Assembly: GCF_016433145.1 (NCBI RefSeq)
Contig: NC_058132.1
Span: 203,993,543-204,057,542 of the forward strand
Source of the DNA: Gracilinanus agilis
Taxonomy: Eukaryota
Direction of reading: 5' to 3'
DNA length: 64,000 bases
This document shows positions 31,917 through 45,506 of the stretch, piece after piece (the first letter of the stretch is position 1; every line of letters starts with the position of its first letter). The notes below the pieces were generated by a model. It was given only the letters and a program-made list of their open reading frames with translations, was not told the DNA's origin and made no database searches. The position numbers and the translations under genes were made by a program.

Positions 31917-32545
31917 GATGTTGTTGTTCAGTCCTCTGTGTGTGTATGTGACTCTTTTGTGACCCAGTTTGGGGTTTTCTTGGCAAAAATACTGGACTGG
32001 TTTGCCATTTCCTTCTCCAACTCATTTTTCAGATGAGGAAACTGAAACAAATAGGTTTAAGTGACTTGCCCAGGGTCAAATAAGTGTCTGAGACTGGATT
32101 TGAACTCAGAAAGAGAAGCCTGCCTTCCTGATTCTAGGCAAAATGTTCCTTCCACTGTGCCACCTACCTGCCCTTCATATTCTGATTTATTATTAAAATA
32201 GCCCACTGTTATTTTTAGTTTTTCCTTCTTGTAAGAGTAGGAGACTTTCCTTTATAAATATTACTGCAGAATTATTAAATGTATATGTATATATATATAT
32301 ATATATTACATGTTGAGTATATACTTAAACATATGCATATGTCAGGAAGACTTGAGTTCAAATCTGGTCTCAGATTCGTCCTAGCTGTGGGACCCTGAGC
32401 AAGTCACTAAACCCTATTTGCCTCAATTTCCTCATCTGGAAAATAAACTGAAGAAGGAAATGGCAAACCAGTCCATTATCTTTGCCAAGAAAACCCCAAA
32501 TGGGGTCATGAAAAGTCAGACACAACTGAACATCAGGAGCATATA
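31917..32545. mobile_element. two MAR1-type SINEs (31917-32172 minus, 32340-32545 plus)
   Basis: CORE plus RTE-like tail (gaaggaaatggcaaac..gccaagaaaacccc). Confidence 0.7.
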
Positions 32546-32968
32546 TTTAAACTTTCATGCCGCACTTAACATAATGTCCTTTTTATCTCTTTTAATGTGT
32601 ACTTTCTAGCATGACAGCCTAGTCCTAAAAAAATATGGAAAAAATATGGTTCTCCTTTCTGTAAACTCCAAGCAATTAGGAATTATCTGTTACATTTGTA
32701 TGTGTGCCCAGCATTGTGTCTTTAGTTATGTTGAACTGCTTTGGTTGTTTTCTTTTTTACTCTGTGTTATAAAGGCAGACTCTGAGGAGGGAAAGAGAAA
32801 AGAGAATATTTGGAAATGAAGATGATGTAAAAGAATCAAGAAAAAAATTTAAAGAGAAAGATAAATAGAATAATACTAAGAGTAGTTTCTGGTTTGACTT
32901 CATCTTTGTCTAATATCACTAGGGCTCTTCTGACCCTGGGCAAGTCACTTAACCTCCATTGCCTAAGA

Positions 32969-33252
32969 CGGTGATGGCAAACCTATGACGCCCGTGTCAT
33001 TTTTAATGACACACAGCCTCATGCCGAGGATGAAACATTTGCTCTGGTGTAGTGTAGACACTTTGTGCACTATAGATGACAATTCTACCTAAATTAATTT
33101 ACCTATTTTGATTTATTAAATACAGTTATCTATTACAATTATACATTTTTGGTATTTAAACTATAAATATTGTGAAATTATGTGTTGTTTTGTTTTTTTT
33201 TTCTGGAAGTGACACACCACCAGAGTTATGCTCTGTTTTTTGGCCATCACTG
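32969..33252 (+). mobile_element. hAT1-like MITE (family B) inserted in a SINE
   Basis: CGGTGATGGCAAACCTATGAC ... GCCATCACTG. TSD GCCTAAGA / ACCTAAGC. Confidence 0.8.
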
Positions 33253-33485
33253 ACCTAAGCCTTTACTTCTTTTCTCCCTTGGAACCAATACACAGTATTG
33301 ATTCTAAGACAAAAGGTAAGGGTAATAAATAAACAATTCTATTTTATCTTAGGAGACAAAGAGTAAGGAATAGCACTTGGATTGCTTTGATCTAGGGAGC
33401 TGTTGTTACATTGCATGTCATCCTTTGAGGCAGCTAGGTGGCAGAGTAGATTGGGTCAGAAGTTAGAAAGAATTGAGTTCAAATT

Positions 33486-34091
33486 TGTCAACATGGAATC
33501 TAGAAGTCCCTAAAATTGTAACCTAATAAGAGTTAATGACCTCCAGTTTACTTAGCTTGAAAGTGAAAGCCCCAGGTTTGACCTTGTCACATAAGAGTGT
33601 GACTTTCCTGAGGGAAAGTCCAAACTTTAGGAGTCTCAGACTAACAATAGACCTTAAAGTAGCTTAAGTGGGGATGGCTAACCCCATCAGGTGTTAAGTA
33701 TCTCTTTTGTCCCACTGATTCTTTTTCTCTCTTTTGGAGAAAGTTCTTTACCTAGGTGGCCCAGCCTTTGGCTGGGTCTTTCCCTTTTGTGTCCATTGTA
33801 AAGCATCAGCCCTTCACTGTTATTCCTGTCTAGAACTCCTCATTTTTCTTTGTGACCATTGTAAAGCCAATCAACTATCTCTCTCATCCAATCAGTCCCC
33901 ATGTTCCCCTAGAAAGGTATTTAAGCTTCCCTACTTTAATGGCTCCTTGGAATTGTCCCAGGTGTCTGCAACCAGAGCAAACAGAGTTCAAATCCTCAAT
34001 GTGGGAGGTGGTGCAAAGCTTTTCCGTGGAGGTCTAATTTAGCATTGTACCCCTTTCCTTAATTAAAGAGTGTTTTTTTTCCCAGTTGACA
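33486..34091 (+). mobile_element. ERV solo LTR with 4-bp TSD (AATT)
   Basis: TGTCAAC...GTTGACA termini. TSD at 33482-33485 and 34092-34095. Confidence 0.8.
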
Positions 34092-34115
34092 AATTCAACC
34101 TCAAATACTTAGTAG

Positions 34116-34838
34116 TGTAAAGGTTAAATTTAGTGGTTGGACTTAAATTATATGAAATAACACAGTCGCCAGCCGGAGTTATTATATCTCAAGTCAGAAG
34201 TTTATATACAAAATAGAGTGGAAACAGTAAAGTAGAGAAATATGAGAGAGGTTAGAGAAAATACCTATACTAGTCCTCAGCCAGGAGAGCCAGTAATGAA
34301 TAACTACAAGGCCTCCTCCAAGATGGAAGCTAGACTCTTAGGAAAATAGGAAAGGAGGCAGCCCTTTTCACTCAACCAACAAAGTAGTCCAGTAGTCAAA
34401 ATCTAAATTGATGCCACAATCCAAGCCAAACTGCAGTCTCCAGTGATGTTCCCTAGAAGACTATATCCAGGAGACACACTCCAGGAGACTGCCTCAGGCC
34501 CAGGATTTTGTGGCTTTTATGGTGGTTTCCTGTTCCTGCCCCTCTTCACAGAGGCCAATCGAAGTTTCCAAATTCTAGCCCTGCCCAGGGGCAGTGTCTG
34601 TGGGATTGACTTCTCACCTGTAAAGGTATTAATTCTCCTCCTAGGAGTCACATGTTTCTGAGTTGTCATCCAGTTTGGATTCACACGTTACTGAGTTAGC
34701 ACGTGGGTTGCAGTCTTCCTTCTGGAGGTGCAAACTCCTGTAGTAAGAGTTTCCCTTACTTTATGGTTAAGTATGGGTGTATTTGCTTTTGTTGATTAAT
34801 TCAAAAGTAGACAAAGGAGAGTTAATCCTGTCCTCACA
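34116..34838 (-). mobile_element. probable ERV solo LTR
   Basis: TG...CA ends and LTR-like composition. TSD not clear. Confidence 0.5.
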
Positions 34839-36036
34839 ATCTAATGAGGTATTAAGTAGGGGTATTTAAGTTATTGTTTCAGAATAGACAAAGAGAACCA
34901 AGAATTTCTTTTCACTGTAGCTATGTGACTCTATTTCTTTTTCTTTTTTTAAAACCATTACATTTGGTCTTAATATTAATTTTAAGACAGTAGAGCAGTA
35001 GGAAGTAGACAATTGTAGGGGTAAGTGATTTGTCAAATCCATGTCAAGGGTCACACAGCTAGGAAATGTTAGAAGTTTTATTTGAACTTAGGGCCTCTCA
35101 TTGCTTGGCCTGGCTCAATCCACTGAGTCACTTAACAGACCCTACCAATTGTTTTAAATAAACTGAAAGGACTGGTTATAGTTCAAAGTCTTCAAGGCTT
35201 TATATGTCTAGCTGAAAACTTTTCAAAGCCTGAGTGCTTCTCAGATACCCAGCTGGAGCAGGCTGAGTTCTCCTGGGTAAATAATTTTATATCCACACAT
35301 GCTTTTAAGGTTCATAGATTTTCTATTACAATTTCTCTAATCTTTTCTTGCCCTTACAGAGTCTACTATGATCCTAATTATTGTTTCCTGGCAAGTGATT
35401 TCTGTTTTTCTTTTGAGAATTATTTGAAGAATTTTTTTCTTATTATCTGAATATTTGAGTTTAGTTTAACTTTTTCCCCCCTTAAACCTTTACTTTCTAT
35501 TTTAGCATCAATTCTAAGATGAGCACGAAAGGTTAAATAATTGAGGTTGTGACTTGCCCAGGGTCACATAGCTAGAAAGTATCTGAGGTCACATTTGAAC
35601 TCATATCCTCCCCACTCCAGCCCTGGAGCTCTATCTATTGTGCTACCTACCTGCCTTTCTTTGGATTTTTAAAATAATTGTGTGTTGTTTGTCTTAAGTC
35701 TAGGAAAATTTCCTTAAATATTTCCTGAAAAATAGTGTTTGGAGTTTCTTTTTTCTCCAAGTTTTTGATGATGTTAATGATGCCAAGATTTATTATTCCA
35801 TCTTGACAGATCCTTTTAAGTCTGGCCCTTAAGCCAGCAGGTTCCCCATTTCTTTGGGTAATTCTTTGACTTTCAAGATATAATTTCCAAATGCTCTCAG
35901 CCTTATTTTTACACTTTAGTGTCTATTCCACTGTCTATTATTGTTTCTTCATTTATTAGAGCAGTTGGGTGACATGGAGTATAGAGTATGAGAACTGGCA
36001 TCAGAAAGACCTGAGTTCAAATTCTGGGTTAGATAC

Positions 36037-36650
36037 TGTGTTTACGGAATCCCCAAATTTGCCCCTGTCCCTCGGGAACTTGCCTTAAGGGAATTCCCAG
36101 ACTGAACTTGTCTTAGACTGAATAATAAAACCTTCAAGTATACAATGATCTCGCCTTAGATAGAATTAGATATAATATATAAATAATGTTTTATTTGTAT
36201 ATTAAAATATATATTATATGTAAAATTTACATATTGTATATATAAATTTATATTTTATTTATATGTTATATTTAATTTATATTAATTATATGTGAATAAA
36301 AATTATATAAATCTACTTTATGTTAAAATAAAATATATTAATAAATTATATAGAAATAGAATAGATATGATCAAATCTTAAGGACCCTTTTGTCTTACAA
36401 GTTCTCCCAGGAATCATCCTTTCCTTGTATCCATTGTAAAGCATCAGCCTGTCCCACATAAGTCCAGCCCCTAGCTGAACTTCTCCTTCTCTTGTGTCCA
36501 TTGTAAAAGCTATCAGTTGAACCTTCCTGTCCTATATTCCTCAAAAGCTTATCTAAGACCCCAAGTTCTTCAGCTCATTGTAGAAATCTCCTTTGGAGAT
36601 TTCTTTTTCCTGGAGACATTGTTCCCAGAGTCTCAGAGCTTTGGCTCGGT
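36037..36650 (+). mobile_element. LTR-like element with an AT-rich low-complexity insert (36170-36365)
   Basis: Shares ccccaaattt..gtccct..ggaact motifs with the LTR pieces at 37343-37528 and 48392-48898. Confidence 0.5.
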
Positions 36651-38251
36651 GTAGTGATGGATCTGAATATTGTCTTCCTTGTCCTGATTAAAGACTTGTT
36701 CTTTCTAACTAGTTTGGTGGTTCTGTGTTTTTCAAGGTTGACAATACTTACTGGCTTTTTTTTTTTTAAGAAGATAGTACATTCTTTAATAAGTAGTTTT
36801 TATGTTTTTCTATCACAACAAGCAACTAATGAGTAATTTATTATTAATGTTGAGAATTACAAGTAATCATAAAAATGAATAACATTTTCTTCAAAACCTA
36901 CCCTCAGGGAAAATATAGGATGCTTGAGTTATATAAATATGTCAATATTATTGAGGAAAAAGAAGTTACATTAAAATATGACAGGGCTATTTTTTCAGGG
37001 CAGAAACAGTTGCTTTCCTAGAAATACTAGCAATTAGAAATGATGTATTTGGAATGCAGCAAATCTAATTTCTACCAAGAAAACATAATATAAATTTTAG
37101 TAGAAATATTGGATGTTTATGGCATGTTTGCTAACCCATTCTTTGCTATGTAAACAAATGACTTGCATTCAATTTTAACCCATCATTAAGTTTAGATACC
37201 CTGGGATTCATGACCAGAAAAGACTATCCATCACCAGAGAAGGTATTGATGAAAGTCTGAATGCAGACTGAAGCATACTGGTCTTCAACTTTATTTCCTC
37301 CATGAATTTTTGTCTAGTATAAGTGATATGTATCTTATTTCATGACAACCTTGTTTTATGAAACCCCCAAATTTACATTTGTCCCTTTGGAATTTGTCTT
37401 CAAGGAACTCCAAAGGGATTCTTGTCCTAGATGAACAATAAGCCATCAAAGGCCCATTAAGCATCCTGAATAAGAGTGAGAGATACTCAAGTCTTAAAGT
37501 ACCCTTTTGTCTTAGAAGTTTCTCCCAAACCAAATTAACAGTATCAAAGATGAAAAGGGAGACCTCACCTCTAATGAAGAGGAAATTAAAGCAATCATTA
37601 AAAACTATTTTGCCCAATTATATAGCAATAAATATAGCAGTCTAGGTAATATGGATGAATATTTACAAAAATATAAATTGCCTAGATTAATAGCAGAAGA
37701 AATAGAATACTCAAATAATCCCATATCAGAAAAAGAAATTGAACAAGCCATCAAAGAACTTCCCAAGAAAAAATCGCCAGGGCCTGATGGATTCACAAGT
37801 GAATTCTATCAAACATTCGAAGAACAACTAATCCCAATACTACACAAACTATTTGATATAATATAATACTGATTCCAAAGCCAGGTAGATCAAAAACAGA
37901 AAAAGAAAACTACAGACCAATTTCCCTAATGAACATTGATGCAAAAATCTTAAATAGAATACTAGCAAAAAGACTCCAGCAAGTGATCAAGAGGGTTATC
38001 CATCATGATCAAGTGGGATTTATAACAGGAATGAAAGAATGGTTCAACATTAGGAAAACCATCCACATAATTGACCATATCAATAAGCTAACAAACAAAA
38101 ATCACATGATTATCTCAATGGATGCTGAAAAAGCCTTTGACAAAATACAACACCCATTCCTATTGAAAACACTGTAAAGTATAGGAATAGAAGGAACTTT
38201 CCTTAAAATAATAAACAGTATAAATCTAAAACCATCAGCAAGCATCATCTG

Positions 38252-39217
38252 TGTAGTATACAGAATTAGGGGGATATAGTTTTTTCTAGCTTTGGCTGAG
38301 TTCCAAAATCAGTTGGGCTCTTAGAATCTTGAGGAGAGAGGCAGTTGACTGGATCTTCCGTAGAGGGAGGAAGTCAATGAGCGAGCTCTTAGATTATCTA
38401 GCTTCAATATTGAAATTTAGCCTAGCATTGATATATTTACTTAAGAAATTATTATTTTAGATAGACCCTTTATATCTTCCTTTCCTAATACCACCCTGCC
38501 TTCCCTCCCTTACCTTAGTGGCTGTGGAGTTTATAAGGAGAGAAATTAGAGAGGAGTTAAATCTGTGAAGAGTTATCTAACTGGCAGCATTATCTATAAT
38601 TTAATCAAATCATCATTTATTCCCTTTAGATAGCTTTTTGTAAAACTGAGTAAGGCAGGTCCTTATTCAGATTCATCTTCACTTCCCTTCCCCCACCTGA
38701 GGTTCCTGAGATAACTAATAGGGCTTTCCTTTAATCCACCTTCCTAACAACATCCTTCAAATAAATAAACCCTTTGTGTTTCAATAGTCCTATTTAGTGT
38801 AATTTGTCTATTAGTTAACAAGAGGGAAGAAGAGGGAAAGAGACAACATACTCTGAGCTGAGAGGGAAGCTGGGCATCCATCTTGAAGGAAGGTGTTACT
38901 TCAAAATAGGTCCCTTCCTGTGAAATTAACTAAAGCCTGTTTGTTAATTTCAGTCTAGTCTATTTCCTTCACCTTGTGTTTGAGTCTAAGTCCCAGTCTG
39001 TAAGCCTGCTGTGTTAGTCTGTTTAGTTTAACTTCTTTCTCCCAAGAAGATCTCTGTTTCCCTTCTGTGTTATACTCCTGACTTCAGTCCTATTATACCC
39101 TGAATCTCCTTTAATCCCAGCCTATCCGTAGCCTAATTTATCCATTTACCAAGTCTCCAACATCCTCCTTTCAATTCCCTTATCCCAAACACCTTTCCTC
39201 AAATTACCCTCATAACA
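38252..39217 (+). mobile_element. ERV1-type solo LTR in L1, 4-bp TSD TCTG
   Basis: TGTAGTATAC...CATAACA. TSD at 38248-38251 and 39218-39221. Confidence 0.85.
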
Positions 39218-39234
39218 TCTGTAAAGGGGATAAG

Positions 39235-39728
39235 TGTGGTAAGCCAATAAGAGAACAGATAAAAATCTGAGACTCCTCTTTTGACCCCTTTTGTGATCCT
39301 TGTGATTTCATGTTGAAAAGTATTGTGACCTTATTGAAAAGCTTTAAGTTCCTATCAAACCTGAATTTAAAGGGTTAACACTGTTAACACAGCAAGGAAT
39401 GCTGCTGCCTGTTATAGCCAAGGCCAAGATACTCCCCAACTTGGCGTTCTGATAAGAACCTAGTCAAAATTTAACCTTGGCCTTGGTCAATTCTAAAGCC
39501 AATGTTTTGTGTTTTGATGTGACATAATTTGTAACTTCTGTGCATCTGCAAAGTTCAGGGGGGTTCTTTTGTGTGAAATGAGTCGTGAAATATATATAAT
39601 AAACTCCATGCTCCTGGAGCCAGAGCTAGAAGCATGAGGTAAAAGACAACTCCCTTATTCTGTCCTTATTTCCTTATCAACTAAACTGTCCTTATCAGAT
39701 TATCAGAGATGATAAAGAGATCTCCACA
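39235..39728 (+). mobile_element. ERV2-type solo LTR in L1, 6-bp TSD GATAAG
   Basis: TGTGGTAAG...CTCCACA. TSD at 39229-39234 and 39729-39734. AATAAA near 39598. Confidence 0.85.
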
Positions 39729-40625
39729 GATAAGTTAGAAGCATTTCCAATAAGATCAGGAGTGAAACAAGGATGCCCATTATCATCTCTATTACTTAAC
39801 ATTGTACTAGAAACAATAGTGGTAGCAATTAGAGAAGAAAAATAAATTGAAGGTATTAAAATAGGCAATGAGGAGACTAAGCTATCACTCTTTGCAGATG
39901 ATATGATGGTCTACTTAAAAAATCCTAGAGAATCAACTAAAAAGCTAGTAGAAATAATCAACAACTTTAGCAAAGTTGCAGGATACAAAATAAATGCACA
40001 TAAATCATCAGCATTTCTATATATTTCCAACACATCACAGCAGCAAAAGGTTGAAAGAGAAACACCATTTAAAATCACCCTAGACAATATAAAATACTTA
40101 GGAATCTATCTACCAAAACAAACACAGGAATTATATGAACACAACTTCAAAACATTTTCCACACAATTAAAACTATATCTAAACAATTGGAAAAACATTG
40201 ATTGCTCATGGGTAGGACGAACTAACATAATAAAAATGACCATTCTACTCAAATTATTTAGTGCCATACCTATCAAACTATCAAAAAACTTTTTTACTAA
40301 ATTAGAAAAAAACATTGTACTAGAAACAAAGTTCATTTGGAAGAAAAAAAGATCAAGAATATCAAGGGAAATAATGAAAAAAAAAGTGAAGGAGGGTGGC
40401 CTAGCAGTACCAGATATTAAGATATACCATAAAGCAGCAGTCATTAAAACAATATGGTACTGGCTAAGAGACAGAAGGGATGATCAGTGGAATAGACTTG
40501 GGGTAAGTGACATCAGCAAGACAGTGACTAAACCCAAAGAGCCCAACTTTTGGGATAAAAATCCACTATTTGACAAAAACTGCTGGGAAAATTGGAAAAC
40601 AATATGGGAGAGATTAGGTTTAAAT

Positions 40626-40817
40626 CAGTGATTCCCAAAGTGGGCACTACTGCCCCCGGTGGGTGCTGCAGCAATCCAGGGAGGTGGTGATGGCCACACT
40701 TTTTTTGTATTACATTCTATTCTGAGTTCAATAAATAGTTTCATAATTTCTAGGGGGCACTAAGTAATATTTTTTCTAGAAAGAGGGCCATAAGCCAAAA
40801 AAGTTTGGGAACCACTG
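40626..40817 (+). mobile_element. Charlie-type hAT MITE (family C) in L1 ORF2
   Basis: TIRs CAGTGATTCCCAAAG / AGTTTGGGAACCACTG. TSD GTTTAAAT / GTTTAGAT. Confidence 0.9.
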
Positions 40818-42559
40818 GTTTAGATCAACATCTTACACCCTACACCAAGATAAACTCAGAATGGGTGAATGACTTGAATATAAAGAAGGAAACTGTAAGT
40901 AAATTAAGTGAACACAGAATAGTATACTTGTCAGATCTCTGGGAAAGGAAAGATTTTAAAACCAAGCAAAAGTTAGAAAAAATTACAAAATGTAAAATAA
41001 ATAATTTTGATTATATTAAAAAGTTTTTGTACAAACAAAATCAGAAGAGAAACAACAAACTGGGAAAAAATCTTTATAACAAAAAATTCTGACAGAGGTC
41101 TAATTACTCAAATATACAAGGAACTAAATCAATTGTATAAAAAATCAAGCCATTCCCCAATTGATAAATGGGCAAGGGACATGAATAGGCAATTTTCAAA
41201 TAAAGAAATCAAAACTATCAATAAGCACATGAGAAAGTGTTCTAAATCTCTAATAATTAGAGAAATGCAAAGCAAAACAATTCTGAGGTATCTACCTCAC
41301 ACCTAGCAGTTTGGCTAAAATGATAACAGGGGAGAGTAATGAATGTTGGAGGGGATGTGGCAAAATTGGGATATTAATGCATTGCTGGTGGAGTTGTGAA
41401 CTGATCCAACCATTCTGGATGGCAATTTGGAATTATGCTCAAAGGGCTATAAAAGATTGCCTGCCCTTTGATCCAGCCACAGCATACCATTGCTGGGTTT
41501 GTACCCCAAAGAGATCATAGATAAGACTTGTACAAAGATATTTATAGCTGTGCTTTTTGTGGTAGCAAAAAACTGGAAAATGAGAAGATGCCCTTCAATT
41601 GGGGAATGGCTGAGTAAATTGTGGTATATGCTGGTGATGGAATACTATTGTGCTGAAAGGAATAATAAATTGGAGGAATTCCATATGAACTGGAATGATC
41701 TCCAGGAATTGATGCAGAATGAAAGGAGCAGAGCCAGAAGAACATTATACACAGAGACTGATACACTGTGGTAAAATAGAATGTAATGGACTTCTGTACT
41801 AGCAGCAATGCAATGACCCAGGACAATTCTGAGGGATTTATGGAAAAGAATGCTACCCACATTCAGAGGAAGAACTGCAGAAGTGGAAACACAGAAGAAA
41901 AACAACTGCTTGAACACATGGGTTGATGCGGACATGATTGGGGATGTAGACTGGAAAGGACCACACCAATGCAACTATCAATAATATGGAAATAGGTCTT
42001 GATAGATGACACATGTTAAAACCAGTGGAAATGCAAGTTGGCTATGGGGGGAGGTGTTTGAGGGGGTGAAGGGGAAAGTAAAAACATGAATCATGTAACC
42101 ATGGAAATTTTTTCTAAAAAAAATAAGCACATAAAAAAATTTTTTTAAACTCTTCTTTTAATTGGTCTTGTAATTAGCATTGTTAATTCTTGTTTAACTT
42201 CTTTTAAGTGTGTCATTGGTCTCTTTGAAGAAATCTTTATTTTATGTCCTTTTTCTTCTTTCTGGTGGCTTGCTTCTAGGATTTTAGCTATTTCAAAATA
42301 CTTTTTAATTGCACAGGTCCCTTTTCTCATTTTCTATTTTGTGTGCTTTTTTTCTTTTCTTAGGGATTTTGTAAAAAGCTCTTTTTCTTCTGTTGATGTC
42401 TTTTTCTTTTTTTCTTTTTTTTTAACATTTAATAATATTTATTTTTTTAGAAAAGTTAACATGGCTACATGATTCATGCTCTTATTTTCCCCTTCTGTTG
42501 ATGTCTTTTTCCTCTCTTCTGTGTTTGAGTCTGAGCTCCCTTTTCTCACCTCTTCTAGA

Positions 42560-44210
42560 AGTACAGAGGCCACTCAGAGGTCACCCCTCCTGCTGCATTG
42601 AAGTTTTCACCTCTTCCTAGGCCAGTCCCTCCTGTCAACCTGGAAAAACACTGAAACACTGAACCACTGAGGCAGTTACAAAGAATAAGCCTTTAATCAG
42701 GACAAGGGAGGTAGAGTTCAAACACAGAGCCAAACTCTGGGACTCTGGGATAATGTCTCCTGGAAAATGCCACAGGAATGGGAATAGCCACTGAAGGAGT
42801 TTAGACTTAGGAATGATAAATAAGTATTCAAAAGCTGATTCCAATAAGCAAGGAGTTCTTGGGTCAGTCTTATGTTTGTATTTTTAATAATTCGCATGAT
42901 TGGTTTATACTGAATCCTTCTCTAAGAGCAATGGGCTTGGGGTTGAAATGACCTGGTTACGCAGTTGAACTTCTTTAGCCTTTGAGAGATGGCACATAGC
43001 TTTGGACTTCATGCAGTGAAAAGGGACAGGCCCACTGAAAAGTTCCTGGAGATCACAAAAACTTAACTCTGTTATCTGAGTAAGTAGACCAGAAGCCCTG
43101 AGAGTCAGGATATCTGATAAAGATCCCAGTCAGATTCTGGAGGAAGAAGGTTTAACAAAGGCTGCTGTGTTTTCAGTCATCTTTGGAACTTGTAAACCCA
43201 TGTTAGAAACATTTGTTGTACTCTTTTGTTTTGTGGATGGACTGGGCTCTCTTTGGTTCATTTACATTTAAATAAATCCTTCAGGTCACTGGGTTCTTTG
43301 AATCATTTTGCCCTTTGACTGATTGCAAACTCTTTCTGTGTGTGTGTGTTTCTGTTCTCTGTGCACCCATCTTAAAGCTTTTCCCCATTGTTTTCCAGTC
43401 CCCAGCTTCCTTTCTAGGTCAGTACAATCCACGATTGTCTTGCTGAGGCTGAACCCCAATAGGCACCATGGGAATTTCCAAGGAATTGAAGAACTTGGGG
43501 TCTTAATGTATCTTTTAAGGAAAATAGGAAAGGAAGGGTGACTGACTGGCTTATCTGGAGGCCAGGGAAGCAGGATTCCAGCCAGGGGCTAAACTACCTG
43601 GGAGAGACCTAGAGACAATGGAAGAAACTTCTAAGAAAAAGGGGTACTTTAAGACTTAAGGGAGTGGGGCACAGCTGGATAGCTCAGTGGATGGAGAGCC
43701 AGGCCCTCGGTTCAAATGTGGCCTCAGATACTTCCTAGCTGTGTGACCCTGGGTAAGTCACTTAACCTCCATTGCCTAGCCCATGACAGCCCTTACCACT
43801 CTTCTGTTGTTGGAAGTTGGTTCTAAGAAGGAAAAGGTTAAAAAACAAACAACAAAAAAAAACTTAATGGATGCTTTAAGTGCTTGATGGCTTATTATTC
43901 AGATTGGGACAAGGGTCAATTTGGGAGTTCCTTGAAAACAAGCTCCCAAGGGACAAAGGTAAATTTGGGGGTTTCATAAAACAAGGTTGTTGCTTCCTAG
44001 CCAGTCTGTTTCCTCCCAACGCCCAAATCAGTGCTTTGGTCACCCAATCGATCTGAGTCTTGATAGGGGGGTAGGTCCCTTGGACACCTCAAATCCCTGG
44101 AGGAATCCCAGGTCAAAGAATACATGAGGAATTTCCCAATCTTGCACCCCTGCAGTGCTGGCTGAAGAAAGCTGGCCACAGTGTAACCTAAGTGATGGCT
44201 AAAAAACAAA
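42560..44210. mobile_element. probable ERV/LTR-derived sequence, with a SINE at 43666-43860
   Basis: LTR-like composition with AATAAA and a leader-like pyrimidine tract. Family not resolved. Confidence 0.35.
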
Positions 44211-44216
44211 GGATTC

Positions 44217-44770
44217 TTCTTGAGATCTCTTTATCATCTCTGATAATCTGATAAGGACAGCTTAGTTGATAAGGAAATAAAGGACACTGAACATCTTTTA
44301 GCTCATGCTTCCAGCTCTGTCTCCAGGAGCATGGAGTTTATTATATATATTTCAAGACTCATTTCACACAAAAGGACCCCCCCCCTCCCCTCCACCCCCG
44401 AGGAAACTTTGCAGATGCGCAGAAGTCACAAATTATGTCATATGAAAACACAAAAGGTCTCATTGGCTTCAGAATAGAACAAGGCCAAGGCTGAATTTTG
44501 ACTGGGTCCTTATCAGAAAGCCAAGTTGGGGAATATTTTTCTCAGAGTTGAATTGTCCCCGCTAAGGTTTTGGCCTTGGCTGTACCAGCTGCATTCCTGG
44601 CCAAAGGGGGAGAATGTTAACCTTTTAAATGTTGGCCCGCTAGGAACCTAAAGCTCTTCAATAAGGCCACAATACTTTTCAACAAGAAATCACAAGGATC
44701 ACAAAAGGGGTCAAAAGAGGAGTCTCGGGGTTTTTTTTTTTTATCTATTTTTTCTATTTATTGTCTATTT
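44217..44770 (-). mobile_element. second, reversed copy of the 39235-39728 LTR family
   Basis: tgagatctctttatcatctctgataatctgataaggacag is the reverse complement of the 3' end of that LTR. Confidence 0.85.
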
Positions 44771-45106
44771 AAGATAATATTATCTATTTATCTATTTAAG
44801 ACTGTTTCTCCTACTGGCTTCCCACAGATTCTCCATCTCTTCTTTTAGATGCATTTACACTAATTGTAGGATAGGGTTCTTAGCACAGAGGGATACCTTC
44901 TGTTGGTACCTCAAACATCACCAGGTTCCTCAAGACAGGCAACCCCCCCCCAACCTTCATGATCAGGATGTTGATGTCATAAATGATGTATCCCCTATTT
45001 CTGCCCCAGACTCTAAGGCACCTCATCATATCCCCCTTGTTTGTCTCTCTCCCCACCTTTCTTTTTAAGTCATGCAGACCCTATTCCTTTAGGATATAAA
45101 AATCCT

Positions 45107-45290
45107 GGGGGCAACTGGGTGGCTCAGTGGATGGAGAACCAGGCCAAGAGATAAAAGGTCCTGGGTTCAAATCTGGCCTCAGACACTTCCCAGCTTTGTG
45201 GCCCTGGGAAAGTCACTTTACCCTCATTGCCTAGCCCTTATCAATACCCAGTATTGATTCTAAGACTGAAGGTAAGGGTTAAAAAAAAAA
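45107..45290 (+). mobile_element. SINE1-type SINE
   Basis: Head, core and A tail. Confidence 0.85.
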
Positions 45291-45506
45291 TCCTGAACTC
45301 CACTTTATTAAGACAGCTTGGTCCTACACCTGCCTCCCTGCCATTCAACTCAATTCACATTCAATCTAATAAATTTCTCTATTTTTTATTTATGTGTTTA
45401 TTTTTAATTTTTTTTAACAGTTAACTTCCACCTTAGAATCAATACTATGTTTTGGTGCCAAGGCAGAAGAGTGGTAAAGGCTAGGCAATAGGGGTTAAGT
45501 GACTTG

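Larger units (their letters stand above)
37529..42125 (+). mobile_element. 5'-truncated, disrupted L1 (ORF2 RT/C-terminal region plus 3'UTR) with three nested insertions
   Basis: ORF fragments 37651, 37929 ([18 protein letters not shown]), 39903 (FADDMMVYL..KVAGYKIN), 41007, 41311 (CWRGCG..HCW) and 41490, followed by a 3'UTR and A-rich end. Confidence 0.95.

Noticed and set aside
39903-40631. 242-aa reverse-transcriptase-like ORF as a host gene
   Set aside because: Fragment of a disrupted, 5'-truncated L1 ORF2.
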